DNA from: Octopus vulgaris
Taxonomy: Eukaryota
Length of the DNA stretch: 64,000 bases
NCBI GenBank assembly: GCA_951406725.2
Contig: OX597816.1
Location: 59,520,001 to 59,584,000 of the forward strand
Direction of reading: 5' to 3'
Shown here: positions 27,443 through 39,806 of the stretch, in pieces
Numbering within the stretch: position 1 is the first letter of the stretch
How the letters are laid out: each line of letters begins with the position of its first letter
The notes under the pieces: generated by a model
What the model was told of the DNA's origin: nothing
Seen by the model: only the letters and a program-made list of their open reading frames with translations
Database searches by the model: none
Translations under genes and position numbers: made by a program

Positions 27443-29330
27443 TAGAATTAATTATTGCGAATATCAGTGCCCAAAAATAATGAATCACTACCGAAAAAGA
27501 GAACTGAAGCAATCATTGCTGAATTTCCAATCTGATTCATCTAATAATGCTAAGCAGAAGAGAATTGCATACGAAGTTTCGCAGCTCAAGGGAGGTCTTG
27601 CAAAAGTCTTTGACACCCTCGTTGGAGGCTCTCGGACAGGTCGACTACCAACCAGTGCAGCCAGTTTTAGCAAAGTTTGATCCCAAAAGTTATAGAAATC
27701 AAAGACGTGACTTCTCGTCAAGCTGGTATACTGGTCGTCCATGGTTAGAGTATTCTCTTTCAAAGAAAGCCTGGTTTTGTTTTGCTTGTCAGCACTTTAA
27801 TACTTCTGCTCGAGCTGATACTTGTTTTATTAAAAATGGATATTCTAATTGGCATCACTCAAAAGAAAAAAAAACAAAGATTTAAATAAACACGCATACT
27901 CTGCATCCCACCAACAGCGTTTATCCACAACATCCGTGTCTTCAACCTTGCAAAATGATCAGTTGAGCAAAAACCATATCAGTTCCATTGTTGATATTGT
28001 TCATTTTCTTTGTGCAAACGAATTGCCTTTTCAAGGAAACGAAAATTAAGCTTTTTAGGATCTTTATTCGGAAGATGACACGCAGTTGTGGTCTTTTTAT
28101 GAAATTATTCCAGTACACATCAGAGAAAGACTCAAAGCTAATGCAATGTTACAGCACGATTCCAAAAAATGCGACCTACACTTCAGCAGCAATGCAAAAC
28201 GAAATCATCGAATTGTTGAGAAGACACAGTCAGCCTCGTGGTCGATGAAATAAAATCTTCCGATGTTCCTTATTTTACGCTGAAATGTGACGGAATGCGA
28301 TTTGAGTAATACTGAAAATCTTGCAATTGTTATTAGTTACTTCAAAAACGGCAAGGTTCTGGAAAAGTCAGTTGCGATGCCAACTACTCAACATTATGAT
28401 GATGAAACATTGGCCGACTTGATAATTAAGGAATTAACCAACCTTTGCAATGACCCAAAGCGTATGTTGTCACAATGCTATGATGGTGCTTCTGTGATGT
28501 ATGGCAAAATAGGTGGCGTTCAAAGAAAGATTCAGAATTGACTTGAGAAATATATACCCTATGTTCATTGTCTTAATCATCAGTAGCATCTTGTGGTTAA
28601 CACAATAAAACGGATTCCGGAATTAGCTACGTTCTTCGACACCGTTAATATTCTTCATAATTTTATTAAACGGCCAAAGATAGCTAGTCTGTGCAAAGGA
28701 TGGAAGTTGCCACGTCTTATGGAGCATAGGTGATCGGGTCATTTCACTGCTATTGCTTCTGTAATAGAAAATCACTCCAAAATTGTTGGTTTCCTATCCG
28801 AATGCACAGATTCGACAGATTCAAAAACGTGTATAGAGGCAACTGGAATTTTACATCAAGTTCGTTCCCCAAGGTTTGTTTTTCTAGCCCTTGTTCTTAG
28901 CAAATTTCTGCATATAAATAGACCAGTAGACAAACAGCTCCAGAGTCACAAATGTGATATATACCATGGCCTTGGGCTTCTTAAGATTGCCAAGAGTGAA
29001 ATAACCAAACTGAGAAACTCTTTAATATTTTATGAGATTCTAAAACAAATGCGTCAATTTAATGTTATTGAGGAATGCATGTGTCGAAAGGCTTGCGGGT
29101 CCCGACGTTTTTCAGATTATGTTGTTGAAGCTCTGGTACCATCACAAGATGACTGGATAACATTTTATCGCAAAATTTATATCGCGGTCATCGACGAAAG
29201 CCTGAGAGAGCTAGATAATAGATTTTCAGAGCAAAGCGATAGCATATATTCTTCCTTGGCAAGTCTACTACCAACGTCCGAGACATTTTTAGATTTTGGT
29301 GCTTTAAAACCTTTGAGCAATTTGGCATTC
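27443..29330 (+). pseudogene. Degraded hAT transposase (ZMYM1-like, TTF zinc finger + DUF4371 region)
   Basis: PWLEYS...FCFAC...NGYSNW, LPFQGNE, YTSAAMQNEIIELL, SQCYDGASVMYG, YVHCLNHQ*HL, ELDNRFSE; multiple stops and frameshifts. Confidence 0.85.
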
Positions 29331-30000
29331 TTTCGATATAACTCGACAAAATCAAAACATTTCACTTTGGGTATTTCCGTGGAAGCAAATGACAATTCGA
29401 TTCTGTTTCCTGCTTGGAAATTTGCGGATTTTACATACACACATGAAACAGGTTAGAACAAATATGCAAGGCTTTTTTCAAGTTTAAAATGAGACATTGC
29501 TGGCATAATTTCGTTATATCTATACTCCACAACCCACGGAAATACCCGAAGTGAAATGTTCTGATTTTGTCGAGTGATATCGAAGGAATGCCAGCAATTT
29601 AATTAAATGCGATAAATCGGCCTTACTTTCTGAAATTACTGTGGCTAAAGCAAACATTTCCCAACAAATTATGATGACACAGCTTGATATTTTTGGATCT
29701 TTACATATTGTACAGGATGCCTTTCCAAATGTTTATTTTTGTATGGTACAGAAGACGTCTAGTGCGTAGGACGTCGTGGAAGAAAAGAAAGATGGTCACG
29801 CGAGGAGAAGAAAGATGGACGATGGTCACGTATGAGCAACGAGAGAGAGAAAAAGAAAAAAAGGGTGGAGAGAGAGAAAACGGTGAAGGGAGAAAAAGGG
29901 AATTAGAGAAGGATGGAGGAGGAAACAGTATAGAGTAGAGAGTCGCATCAAAAATGTTAAGATAAACTTACTTGGAAATGGATGCGTGGCGTTATGTATG

Positions 30001-30077
<77 letters not shown>

Positions 30078-30259
30078 CGGGAAGGTTTACGAAAATAAAC
30101 AAAAGACGAAGGTAGGTGGAGTACAAACAAACAAATGTATGTATGGCGCTCAGAAATAGAAATAGAACAAGTCTTTTACGTTTCGAGCCTACGCTCTTGG
30201 ACAGAAAGATACACAAAGAAACAAGGAGAGAAAAAAATGCGTGTAGGAGCTAACGGTCT

Positions 30260-30335
<76 letters not shown>

Positions 30336-30350
30336 CAATTCAGCTGGGTT

Positions 30351-30696
30351 AGCCATTTAAGAAACACACAAAAGCCGTTCGATTCACTTCAACATTTAAG
30401 TTTAATTTGTCAAAATATTTTCGTCGCTTTAAGATCCGCGACCTGTTCACTGACAAAAATCCGTGCTGCATCTGATGCTCAGATGCTCAGATGCAGCACG
30501 GATTTTTGTCAGTGAACAGGTCGCTGTCTTATAGCGACGAAAATATTTTGACAAATTAAACTTAAATGTTGAAGTGAATCGAACGGCTTTTGTGTGTTTC
30601 TTAAATGGCTTACAAACACCTTCCACGCTGCAATTGTATTCGTTTCAGCACACGATCTCAGATCAAATCACTTGTTATGCAAGTACATCTCCGTAA
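30351..30696. repeat. Long palindromic PLE-terminus-like repeat (arms about 125 bp)
   Basis: 30351-30474 is the reverse complement of 30488-30610; single-arm copies at about 1662-1796 and 51576-51706. Confidence 0.85.
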
Positions 30697-30778
<82 letters not shown>

Positions 30779-31023
30779 AGAGAGAGAGAGAGATATATAT
30801 ATATAAGATAGACAGAGAACAGAGACAGAGAGACAGAGAGACAGAGAGAAAGAGAGACAGAGATCATTTAATGTACATTGAATTAAAATGTGTTACTCAT
30901 AGTTTCTTAGTTTCTTGCCATTATTCTTAAGGAAAATAAAATTGTACTTTACAGAGGTATTGAGTAACGCACCAGATTAATATAAATTTTTCTATTATAG
31001 CTGAACATAAAAACAAACATTAA

Positions 31024-31059
<36 letters not shown>

Positions 31060-31372
31060 CTGTAAAATAAGCTTATAGGTTTGTAATCTGCTGTCAAGCT
31101 GAATTACGTCTCTATGAGTGCACGTAAAATTCGACTAGGCTGGCGGGTCAACGAGTGGTCTTCTACACAACCTGCTTGAAATAGCAGTCAAATCAATAGG
31201 TTTGCTATCAACTTATCCAAAACAGCCGATTGGGGAAAAAAAAGATATCCATGGAAATAACTGTTCTGGAAATCAATATTTAATCGAATATTCGAAATAA
31301 CGGGAAATTGGTTAAAGGTAAAAAAAAATGTTACAGTGTCAAGTCATTTAAAATATTATTATTATTATTATT

Positions 31373-31833
31373 GAGTGAGAGAGCAGTTCATGCCATCAAA
31401 GTGACACTGGGGTAAAATATACGAAGCCCAATATACCCATCATGACTACCCGTCTGATAAGGGCACACCAGGAACATGCATCACAACCATATGTGCGCGA
31501 CATGGTGATCTCATATCAAGATAAACAGCACATGACCTTGCAGGTGGGGCCCAGTTAGAATTTTCTTCAGGTTGAGTAGCCCATCCCGCTCAAACGGTCC
31601 CTGAATAAGGGTTGTTTAAGGATGTTGAAAGAACCACCCATGTTTCCAGAGGTGAATTATTCAAACCCCAAAGAATCCCTCTCAACACATGGCTATGATG
31701 CTCCCCCACTACTTCTGCTCGTGATCAGAGATGCACATATCGTCAACCACTAAGGGACATGCTCAACTGGTTAAGGTCAAACAACTGACAAGCAAATCTG
31801 TGGTATTGAGCAGAATATTTGCTGTAGCCCATC

Positions 31834-31878
<45 letters not shown>

Positions 31879-31989
31879 GGGAAGGCTAGCACGCTTTATA
31901 CTTAGCAAGACAAAACAATGTACATGATAACACTTCCAATCAGTTAAGATCAGAAGCCATGAGAACCATTGCCTGGTACTGCATCAGGG

Positions 31990-31990
<1 letters not shown>
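31373..31990 (+). mobile_element. Non-autonomous retroelement-like repeat embedded in (ATT)n
   Basis: (ATT)n on both sides, second copy at 20642; no ORF. Confidence 0.6.
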
Positions 31991-32034
<44 letters not shown>

Positions 32035-32068
32035 TTATTATTATTATTATTATTATTATTGGGAAGGC

Positions 32069-32612
32069 GGTTTTTGCTCAACTGATCATTTTACAAGATT
32101 GAAGACACGGATGTTGTTGTGGATAAATGAATGCTGTTGGCGGGATGCAGAGTTTGCGTGCTTATTTAATTAAACCTTTGTTTTTTTTTTCTTTTGCGTG
32201 ATGCCAATTAGAATATCCATTTTTAATAAAACAAGTATCATCTTGAGCAGAAGTATTAAAGTGCCGACAGGCAAAACAAAACCAGGCTTTCTTTGAAAGA
32301 GAATACTCTAATCATGGACGACCAGTATACCAGTTTGACGAGAAGTCACGTCTTTGATTTCTATATCTTTTGGGATCAAACTTTGCTAGAACTGGCTGCA
32401 CTGGTTGGTAGTCGACCTGTCCGAGAGCATCCAATGAGGGTGTCAAAGACTTTTGCAAGACCTCCCTTGAGCTGCGAAACTTCGTATGCAATTCTTTTCT
32501 GCTTAGCATTATTAGATGAATCAGATTGGGAATTCAGCAATGATTGCTTCAGTTCTCTTTTTCGGTAGTGATTCATTATTCTTGGGCACTGATATTCTCA
32601 ATAATTAATTCT
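32069..32612 (-). pseudogene. Second, inverted partial copy of the same hAT transposase N-terminus
   Basis: Highly similar reverse complement of about 27443-27975 (MNHYRKRELKQSLLN...); possible hAT terminus caggcacgtagcc at about 33520-33532. Confidence 0.85.
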
Positions 32613-33636
32613 AAGGTAAGAATATCGTAGTAAGAGTAACGATTTCTTAAAATTTATGTATTTTAAAATTAAACTCGTAAGAGATTTCAGTTCAAGCAGT
32701 TTTTTCTTTTCAATTTCTTCAAAGTTATGCTTTTGTTTTTTTTCTTTTAGTAAAACACAAAATAACTTCAGTATAAACTTTGTTCAAAGAGTAAGAAAAA
32801 CTTTTCAGTGAAAGTTCTCACTTGAAAAATACTTCCTGAATGTATATTTTGGGAAATTTCAAAAATTTTCTCTCCTTTTTCGCGAATAATAAATCCTCTC
32901 TGACTAGTAGAAATAAAATGGCATTTTAATGTCCGTCTCTGATCATATATATACGTGTGTAGTGATGCGTTTACTACCATAAATTTCTAACTACAGCAAC
33001 TAATTCTTCACATACTTTTCAACAGCAACAACGACAATCACCAGCACCACCGCCGCCGTCGCCACCACGACGACCACCACAACAACAACAACAACTGACC
33101 CAGCCTCAGCCAATCCTTAATTCAACCCACAGTTGATGACCGGGTCAGCAGCCAATTCTGCGACAACACTTTGACCAGCTCTAATTTACCCACGTTTTCA
33201 TATCACTAACTACTAAGTCAAAAGAAATTCAATTTATTGCATCTTTAGCGACTTCAGATATTGCTTGCTTGGCAAATCAGGTATTACAAGGGAGATAACC
33301 TCTTCATACTATTTGGCAGGTTCAGAGGTTTGAATTTGAAACTTCACATATTTAGTTTTTCTTTTTTTCTTTACTTATTGCACAATTCTCCCAATTTCTA
33401 ATCAGTAACTGACATTTTTTTTTGTTTTCGTTTTCTTTTTCTTTTAAAAGAGGATAAAACAAATTCTCATACTGGGGGTGGAGGGGCTGAGATTCTAACT
33501 CCATAGCCCCCCCTCCCTCGTGGCTACGTGCCTGGTTCCCATCAAGAATCTTGTGAGCGAAATACAAAAGCGAAATGAAATACATTTGCTGAGTGAAAAG
33601 TAAAAGAAAACTGTTCTAAACGAACTCTTAGTGTGT

Positions 33637-34098
33637 AGTGGTTCTCAACTGGGGTCCATGTGGCCCTTGCGGTTCCATATGATCCTTGGGGTTCATGTGG
33701 TCCTTGGAGTTCTATATGATCCTTGGGGTTCATGTGGTTCCATGTGGTCCTTGGGGTTCCATATGATCCTTGGGATCCATGTGGTCCTTGGGGTTCCATA
33801 TGATCCTTGGGGTCCATGTGGTCCTTGGGGTTCCATGTGGTCCTTGGGATACATGTGGTCCTTGGGGTTCCATGTGGTCTTTGAGGAGTTCATGTGGTCC
33901 TTGGGATACATGTGGTCCTTGGGGTTCCATGTGGTCCTTGGGATACATGTGGTCCTTGGGGTTCCATATGGTCCTTGGGGTTCATGTGGTCCTTGAAACG
34001 TAACAGGATTTTTAAAACATAGCTTTTATGGTCCACCCGAGTGAAACTGGAATCAAACAGGATTCGTAGTTGAAAAACGAAATGGTTGAGAAGCCCCG
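33637..34098. mobile_element. hAT-type MITE carrying an internal ~19-21 bp minisatellite
   Basis: tagtggttctcaac ... ggttgagaagcccc termini; about 18 units of CCAT(G/A)TG(G/A)TCCTTGGG(G)TT. Confidence 0.75.
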
Positions 34099-34532
34099 GC
34101 ATAGAATATGGAAGTGTAGAAAGAAGTGGTGGAGGGTGGAGTGTAAGGTTAAAACTCTTGGCATATGAAGCGTTCTAAAGCGTCAGAATACAAATTCCGT
34201 TTGGTGTACTGATTAAAAATTACAATGAGAGTCAGTCATATTGTTTAGTGATTAGAAGTAGTCAGCAGCTAATTAAGAAAGTTATAATTTATAATTGGCA
34301 CTTAACAGCTGTTTACACAAACTATGAATATGAACAGATTAATAATTTTACAAAAACGCAGACACGGCCGTGTGGTTAAGAACATCGCTTCGCAAACCCC
34401 GTGGTTTTAGGTTCAATCTCGTTGCGTGGCCCCTTTGGTGTCTTTTACTATGGCCTCGGCCTGACCAATGTCTTGTAACTGAATTTGGTTGATGAAAACT
34501 GTGAAGAAGCTCATCGTATACATACACACATA

Positions 34533-35442
34533 CGAGGAAGAACCCAAAACAAACCGGAATTTTGCAATATTATTTCATTCCCCTCGTTTTACATATTTAC
34601 TCTTTTATCGCCTTTAAAGTATTCTCCATTTGAAGCAAAATACATCGGTCCAGACGCATTTCCACTGTTGGAAGCAGTCCTGGAACTCTTGCGAAGTGAT
34701 GCCTTTTAACGCCTCCGTCTTTTTTTCTTCTTCTTCACCTCTTCCACATCTTCAAATTCCGTAACACTGGCTTTCTTTACAGTGATGGCCTTCGTTGGCT
34801 TTTCATTACCAGTGATGGATCAACTTTCAACTGTTCTTTCAGTTCACGACACGCATTCAGTCGTGACTGCTTTTGATCTTCCGTGAGCAAGCGAGGCACA
34901 AATTTTGCTGCAGCTCTTTTCATTTGCAGTTCCTCGCTCAAAATTCGTTGGCAGAAGTCCCAGGACACACCAGTTTGTCAATTGTTCGGAGACGGTCCTC
35001 CGAAATCACTTCATGAATTTTTATGATGTTTTTTTATCCGTTCGGCAGGTCGACGGTCTTCCTGGACGAGGTTGGTCATCAAGTGACAAGTGATCATTCA
35101 TAAAGCATGAAAACCACTCGTAAACTTATGTTTTTCTCATGGCAGCGTCCTTGTAAGCTGTTTGAAGCGTGACAGCTGTTTTACCTACCGTTTTCTCCAG
35201 CAGAAAGCAGAATTCCACGGAAGCACTCTGTTCCTTCGTTACAGCCATCGCAAAAATCGACAAACAAGGGAGGAGCACTACTAAACAAAGACGCACCACT
35301 TGGCAGTATGCCCACACTGAACAACGCCGGTCGGCAGACAGATGCCTGAGGGTCGCATCAAGTGGCTTCTAACGGCGGAAGCTTGAACTACAATGGGCTT
35401 GTCCCACAGGAAACGTTTCCTGCTACTTTGGGCACCTTCTCG
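34533..35442 (-). mobile_element. Internally deleted mariner element nested in a family B SINE
   Basis: TA-flanked degenerate TIRs (cgagga../cgagaa..); MAVTKEQSASVEFCFLL, VYEWF, RPGRPST, AKFVPRLLTEDQK, C-terminal FQDCFQQWK; catalytic core deleted. Confidence 0.85.
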
Positions 35443-35522
35443 TATATACACACATTCACACACACAGATATGTATTATATATACATATACACACACACTC
35501 ACACATATATTTATTATACACA

Positions 35523-35583
<61 letters not shown>

Positions 35584-36451
35584 ATATATCCATACATGAG
35601 TATATGTGTGCGTGGTCTATGTGTTTGCTCCACCACCACTACCACCGCTCTACAAACGATGTTGGTTTGTTTATGTCCCCTTAACAGTTCGGCAAAAGAG
35701 AGTGATGCAATAAGTACCAGAATTTCTTTTTAAATCATAAATACTGTGTTCGATTTCAATTGATTAAACCAACTGTCGTCGACAGTTCCTCGCTCAGATT
35801 TTCGGGTTTCATTGCAAAGGTTTTACCCCTCTCACTCGCTCTTGTTTCTTCCTGCGGGGACATGAATAACATTTTTTTCTTTTTTTTTTTTTACTCTAGG
35901 CACAAAACCCCAAATTTTGGGGGAGGGGGCCAGTCGATTAGATCTACCCCAGAACGCAACTGGTACTTAATTTATCGAACCCCGAAAGGATGAAAGGCAA
36001 AGATGACCTCAGTGGAATTTGAACTCAGAACGTAAAGACAGGCAAAAAAAACTTCAAGCATTTCGCCCGGCGCGTTAACCATTCTGCCAGCTCCCCTCGC
36101 CTTGACACGAATAAAACTTATACGACGTTAATTAGTTAGTCTATGGCGTATATAATTGTACGTCGGTTGATAGTTAATTCATTAACACCCTGGGTGGGAA
36201 TTAAACCATATCATTATCACAAAGAATGTGACACTGGTCCATAAAAAAAATGTACCTCCTTCGATCTATTTCTCAACCATTTCTCAACTAAAAGTCAGCA
36301 GAGTAGAATGGCAAATGGTTGCCAAAGACAGCAGGAGTCCATAACAACAAGGCTTAATTCCAATTTTATCATGTCCATCGAAGAAATTTATTATATTACT
36401 GAGGTTGTAGTGATGTGCAGTCACATGTCTGTCCATGTGTATGCGTGTATA

Positions 36452-36482
<31 letters not shown>

Positions 36483-36996
36483 ATGTATCTATGTATGTAT
36501 GTATGTATGTATGTATGTATGTATGTATGTATGTATGTATGTATGTGTGTGTATGTATGTATGTATGTATGTATGTATGTATGTATGTATGTATGTATGT
36601 ATGTATGCGTGTATATGAGTGTGTGTGTGTATGTGTGTATGTATGTATGTATGTATGTATGTATGTATGTATGTATGTATGTATGTATGTATGTATGTAT
36701 GTATGTATGTATGTATGTATGTATGTATGCGTGTATATGAATGTGTGTGTGTATGTGTGTATGTATGTACAAAGTACGGGGGGAGGGTAGTTCACATGTG
36801 ATCTAAATGATTAGGTACACTAGGTAAGTGATGTAACGGATTACTGGGGCTCCAAGGTTATAACCGAGACAGTAGTTATGGAGCCATTGCAGATTTCCGA
36901 TATAACGGATATATAATTGTTAAACAGGACCTCAAACATTAAGGCAAGACAAACATCTCAAGCCTTATACAATATTATTATAGGAAGACATTCAAA

Positions 36997-37052
36997 GTCT
37001 TACAGCTGTTTCTGGGATATCCTCGAATATGGGATATTCCGTCATCAGAAAC
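36997..37052 (-). ncRNA. Minimal type I hammerhead ribozyme (related to the 25.1 kb motif)
   Basis: gttt CTGATGA cggaatatcc...ggatatccca GAAAC AGCT GTA agac; stem II has mismatches. Confidence 0.6.
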
Positions 37053-37724
37053 AAATTAGGGACAAAAATATGGAAAATGAAAATGGAATATATCAATAGG
37101 ATGACAACATAGAGGAAGGGAGTAAAAGAATAAGGAGATGGAAAAAGAGAACTCCTTTTCCTTCTCTCTTTCCATCTCCTTGCTCCCTTCCTCTATGTTG
37201 TCATCTTATTGATAAGATTTTGAATTTCTTCCTGTAATAAATATTGTATATGACTTGAGATGTTTGCCTTGCCTTAACGTTTGACGTCCTGTTTAACAAA
37301 TATGTATGTATGTATGGCTCAGTGGTTAGAGCGTCGAGCTTACGATCGTAACGTTGTGAGCTCGAATCCCGGACCGGGCTGCGTGTTGTGTTCTTGAGCA
37401 AGGCACTTTATTTCACGTTGTTCCAGTTCACTCAGCTGTAGAAATGAGTTGCGACGTCACAGGTGCCAAGCTGTATCGACCTTTGTCTTTCCCTTGGATA
37501 ACACTGGTGGCGTGGAGATGGGAGGCTGGTATGCATGGGCGACTGCTGGTCTTCCATAAACAACCTTGCCCGGACTTGTGTCTAGGAGGGTAACTTTCTA
37601 GGTGCAATCCCATGGTCATTCATGACCGAAGGGGGTCTTTACCCATTTATGTATGTATGTATGTATGTATGTATGTATGTATGTATGTATGTATGTATGT
37701 ATGTATGTGTGTGTATGTGTGTAG

Positions 37725-38236
37725 TACGTTATGTCAGGTCACTTTCGAGTGCTACTGGTAGCATGTAACCCTGTACAACCTGTTGCATGCTCGGGTCGTC
37801 GGAGACTAAACCGGCAACCCCACCGAGCTTGCTTGGTGAGGAGGGTGTTTATTGGACACCCTGCAGGATGAAAAACAAAACTCGTCAAAGGGCGGAGGAA
37901 CTCTTGAGAAGTCAACGGCCATCCAATAAATGCCTTATGGTTGTATCATGCGCGGGGACATAGAAATAATCGGACTGAATACCCGATCGTGCGGTTAAAC
38001 CATTGGGAGTGAAGGACTCCTAGCCTTTGTTAGGGCATCCTTCTAGGAGAAGGTAACTCAGGTAACTGGGATAACTCCGACATAAAACCTGCGGCTCAGT
38101 GGTTACCGATGATGTTGACTTGTTCTTTTTTTTTCGGATTATGGCTGCTGTTGCGTAGTGAGTGAGATTGACTCAGTGCACAGCCTTTCCTCACTTTAAA
38201 AAAAATTTTCTTGCACAGGCATTGCACGATAACAAC
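37725..38236 (+). mobile_element. Repeat resembling an RTE-type LINE 5'UTR (non-autonomous derivative)
   Basis: GC-richer structured block containing gggcatccttctaggagaaggtaactc, similar to the RTE 5'UTR motif GGCA.C...CTAGGAGAAGG.AA. Confidence 0.45.
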
Positions 38237-38821
38237 ATTGATTAAGCTTCGTGCAATGGTCATACTCGATAACGAGGGGGCAGCCACCATGTAGTACGTA
38301 CGTACGTACGTACGTACGTACGTATGTATGTATGTGTGTATGTATGTATGTATGTATGTATGTATGTATGTATGTATGTATGTATGTATGTATGTGTGCA
38401 GGTTTGTATGCTTTGCTTTATGTATGTATTCTGATGCATATGGTTGCATGCTCAAATATATTTAAATGATAAACTTCTAGAAAGTTTCAAAGATTTTTAC
38501 AGTCCCAATGATTGGTTGGATCTGTAGACTTCGAATTAGCTTTCTCCTTTCTGGTTTTGAGAAACCTAATTTCTCAAGAGTGGTATTTAGGCGGTGTGTT
38601 ACATATCCCAAGAATGTATGTAAGTATGTAACTTTGATAGGTTAGCAAGTCTGAAAACCTTAGTTCTCCAACATTGTCACATCGACAGGTAACTAATACA
38701 GATAAGTGCATCACTAATTACTGGTACAAAAATAATTTTATAAACTGGATAGAGAAGCTCCTGGGCCCAGTTGCTACCTCGAGATCTCCCAGCCAATTTG
38801 ACCTTAGATGACATATCTGCG

Positions 38822-38861
<40 letters not shown>

Positions 38862-39533
38862 ATGCGTGCGTGTGCGTGCGTGTGTGTGTGGAGCTTCTTC
38901 CACATTCGTAATATGGACTTTCGTAGCATGAAAAATATTTTCCCAAGATTTCAATGTAATTCAACAGAAATAGATTTCGCGTTACGGAATCTCACATTAC
39001 GGTAAGATTTTTCAGATGTTTCCAAAGCAAAGCATGCCTCTGCGTATATGTGTACACACACACACACACACACACACACACTTCAGCACAAACACTTCAT
39101 CATTGCAAACAAAGCATCTGTGCTGCTAAACGTCTCCTGTTGTTATCAACAGGAGAGTTTACTGTGCGTGTGTGTGTGTATGTGTGTGTGTGTGTGTGTA
39201 TGTGTGTGGTGTAACTGTGCTAAGCTAGAGACGCAATCTGCATGGACAATAATAATTAGGTTACTGTTAACATATTTAATGCAGAGATCATTAACAACGT
39301 AATTATATTAGAAATAATTAAGCGGAGACGCAAATGAAATATTTTAATTTCACTATTGTTTATTTTATTTCTTTATTCATTTTATTTTATTTATTTATTT
39401 TGCAAATGGTGTCCCTAGGAATTCATGTCAACGATTTGTTATATTTTTCAATTTCAGCTCTATATTTAAGAGATGGGGAATTATTTACATTATTTACATT
39501 TGACGGATTTTTTTCCTCATCTTGTTTGTTGTT

Positions 39534-39579
39534 AACACAACGTTTCGGCTGATATACCCGCCAACCTTCATCAGGTGTC
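39534..39579 (-). ncRNA. Minimal type I hammerhead ribozyme, inverted partner of 39761-39806
   Basis: gacac CTGATGA a ggttg-gcgggtatat-cagcc GAAAC GTT gtgtt. Confidence 0.7.
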
Positions 39580-39760
39580 TTGGACATATGGCGTAGTGGT
39601 TAAGAGTTCGATTCCAGGCAGTGACCTTGATAATAATAATAATAATGATAACAATAATGATAGTAGTAGTAGTAGTAGTAGTAGTAGTAACAATAACAAC
39701 AACAACAACAACGAAAAAACCTACCTTAGGAATGAGAACCCAGGTTCGAAATTTCCTTAA

Positions 39761-39806
39761 GACACCTGATGAAGGCTGGAGGGCACATCAGCCGAAACGT
39801 TGTGTT
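39761..39806 (+). ncRNA. Minimal type I hammerhead ribozyme
   Basis: gacac CTGATGA a ggctg-gagggcacat-cagcc GAAAC GTT gtgtt; stem III reduced to the palindrome AACGTT. Confidence 0.7.

Noticed and set aside
37312-37380. tRNA-like sequence TGGCTCAGTGGTTAGAGCG...GCTCGAATCCCGG (also 21822-21885)
   Set aside because: No complete acceptor stem and directly followed by the SINE core; these are SINE heads, not tRNA genes.
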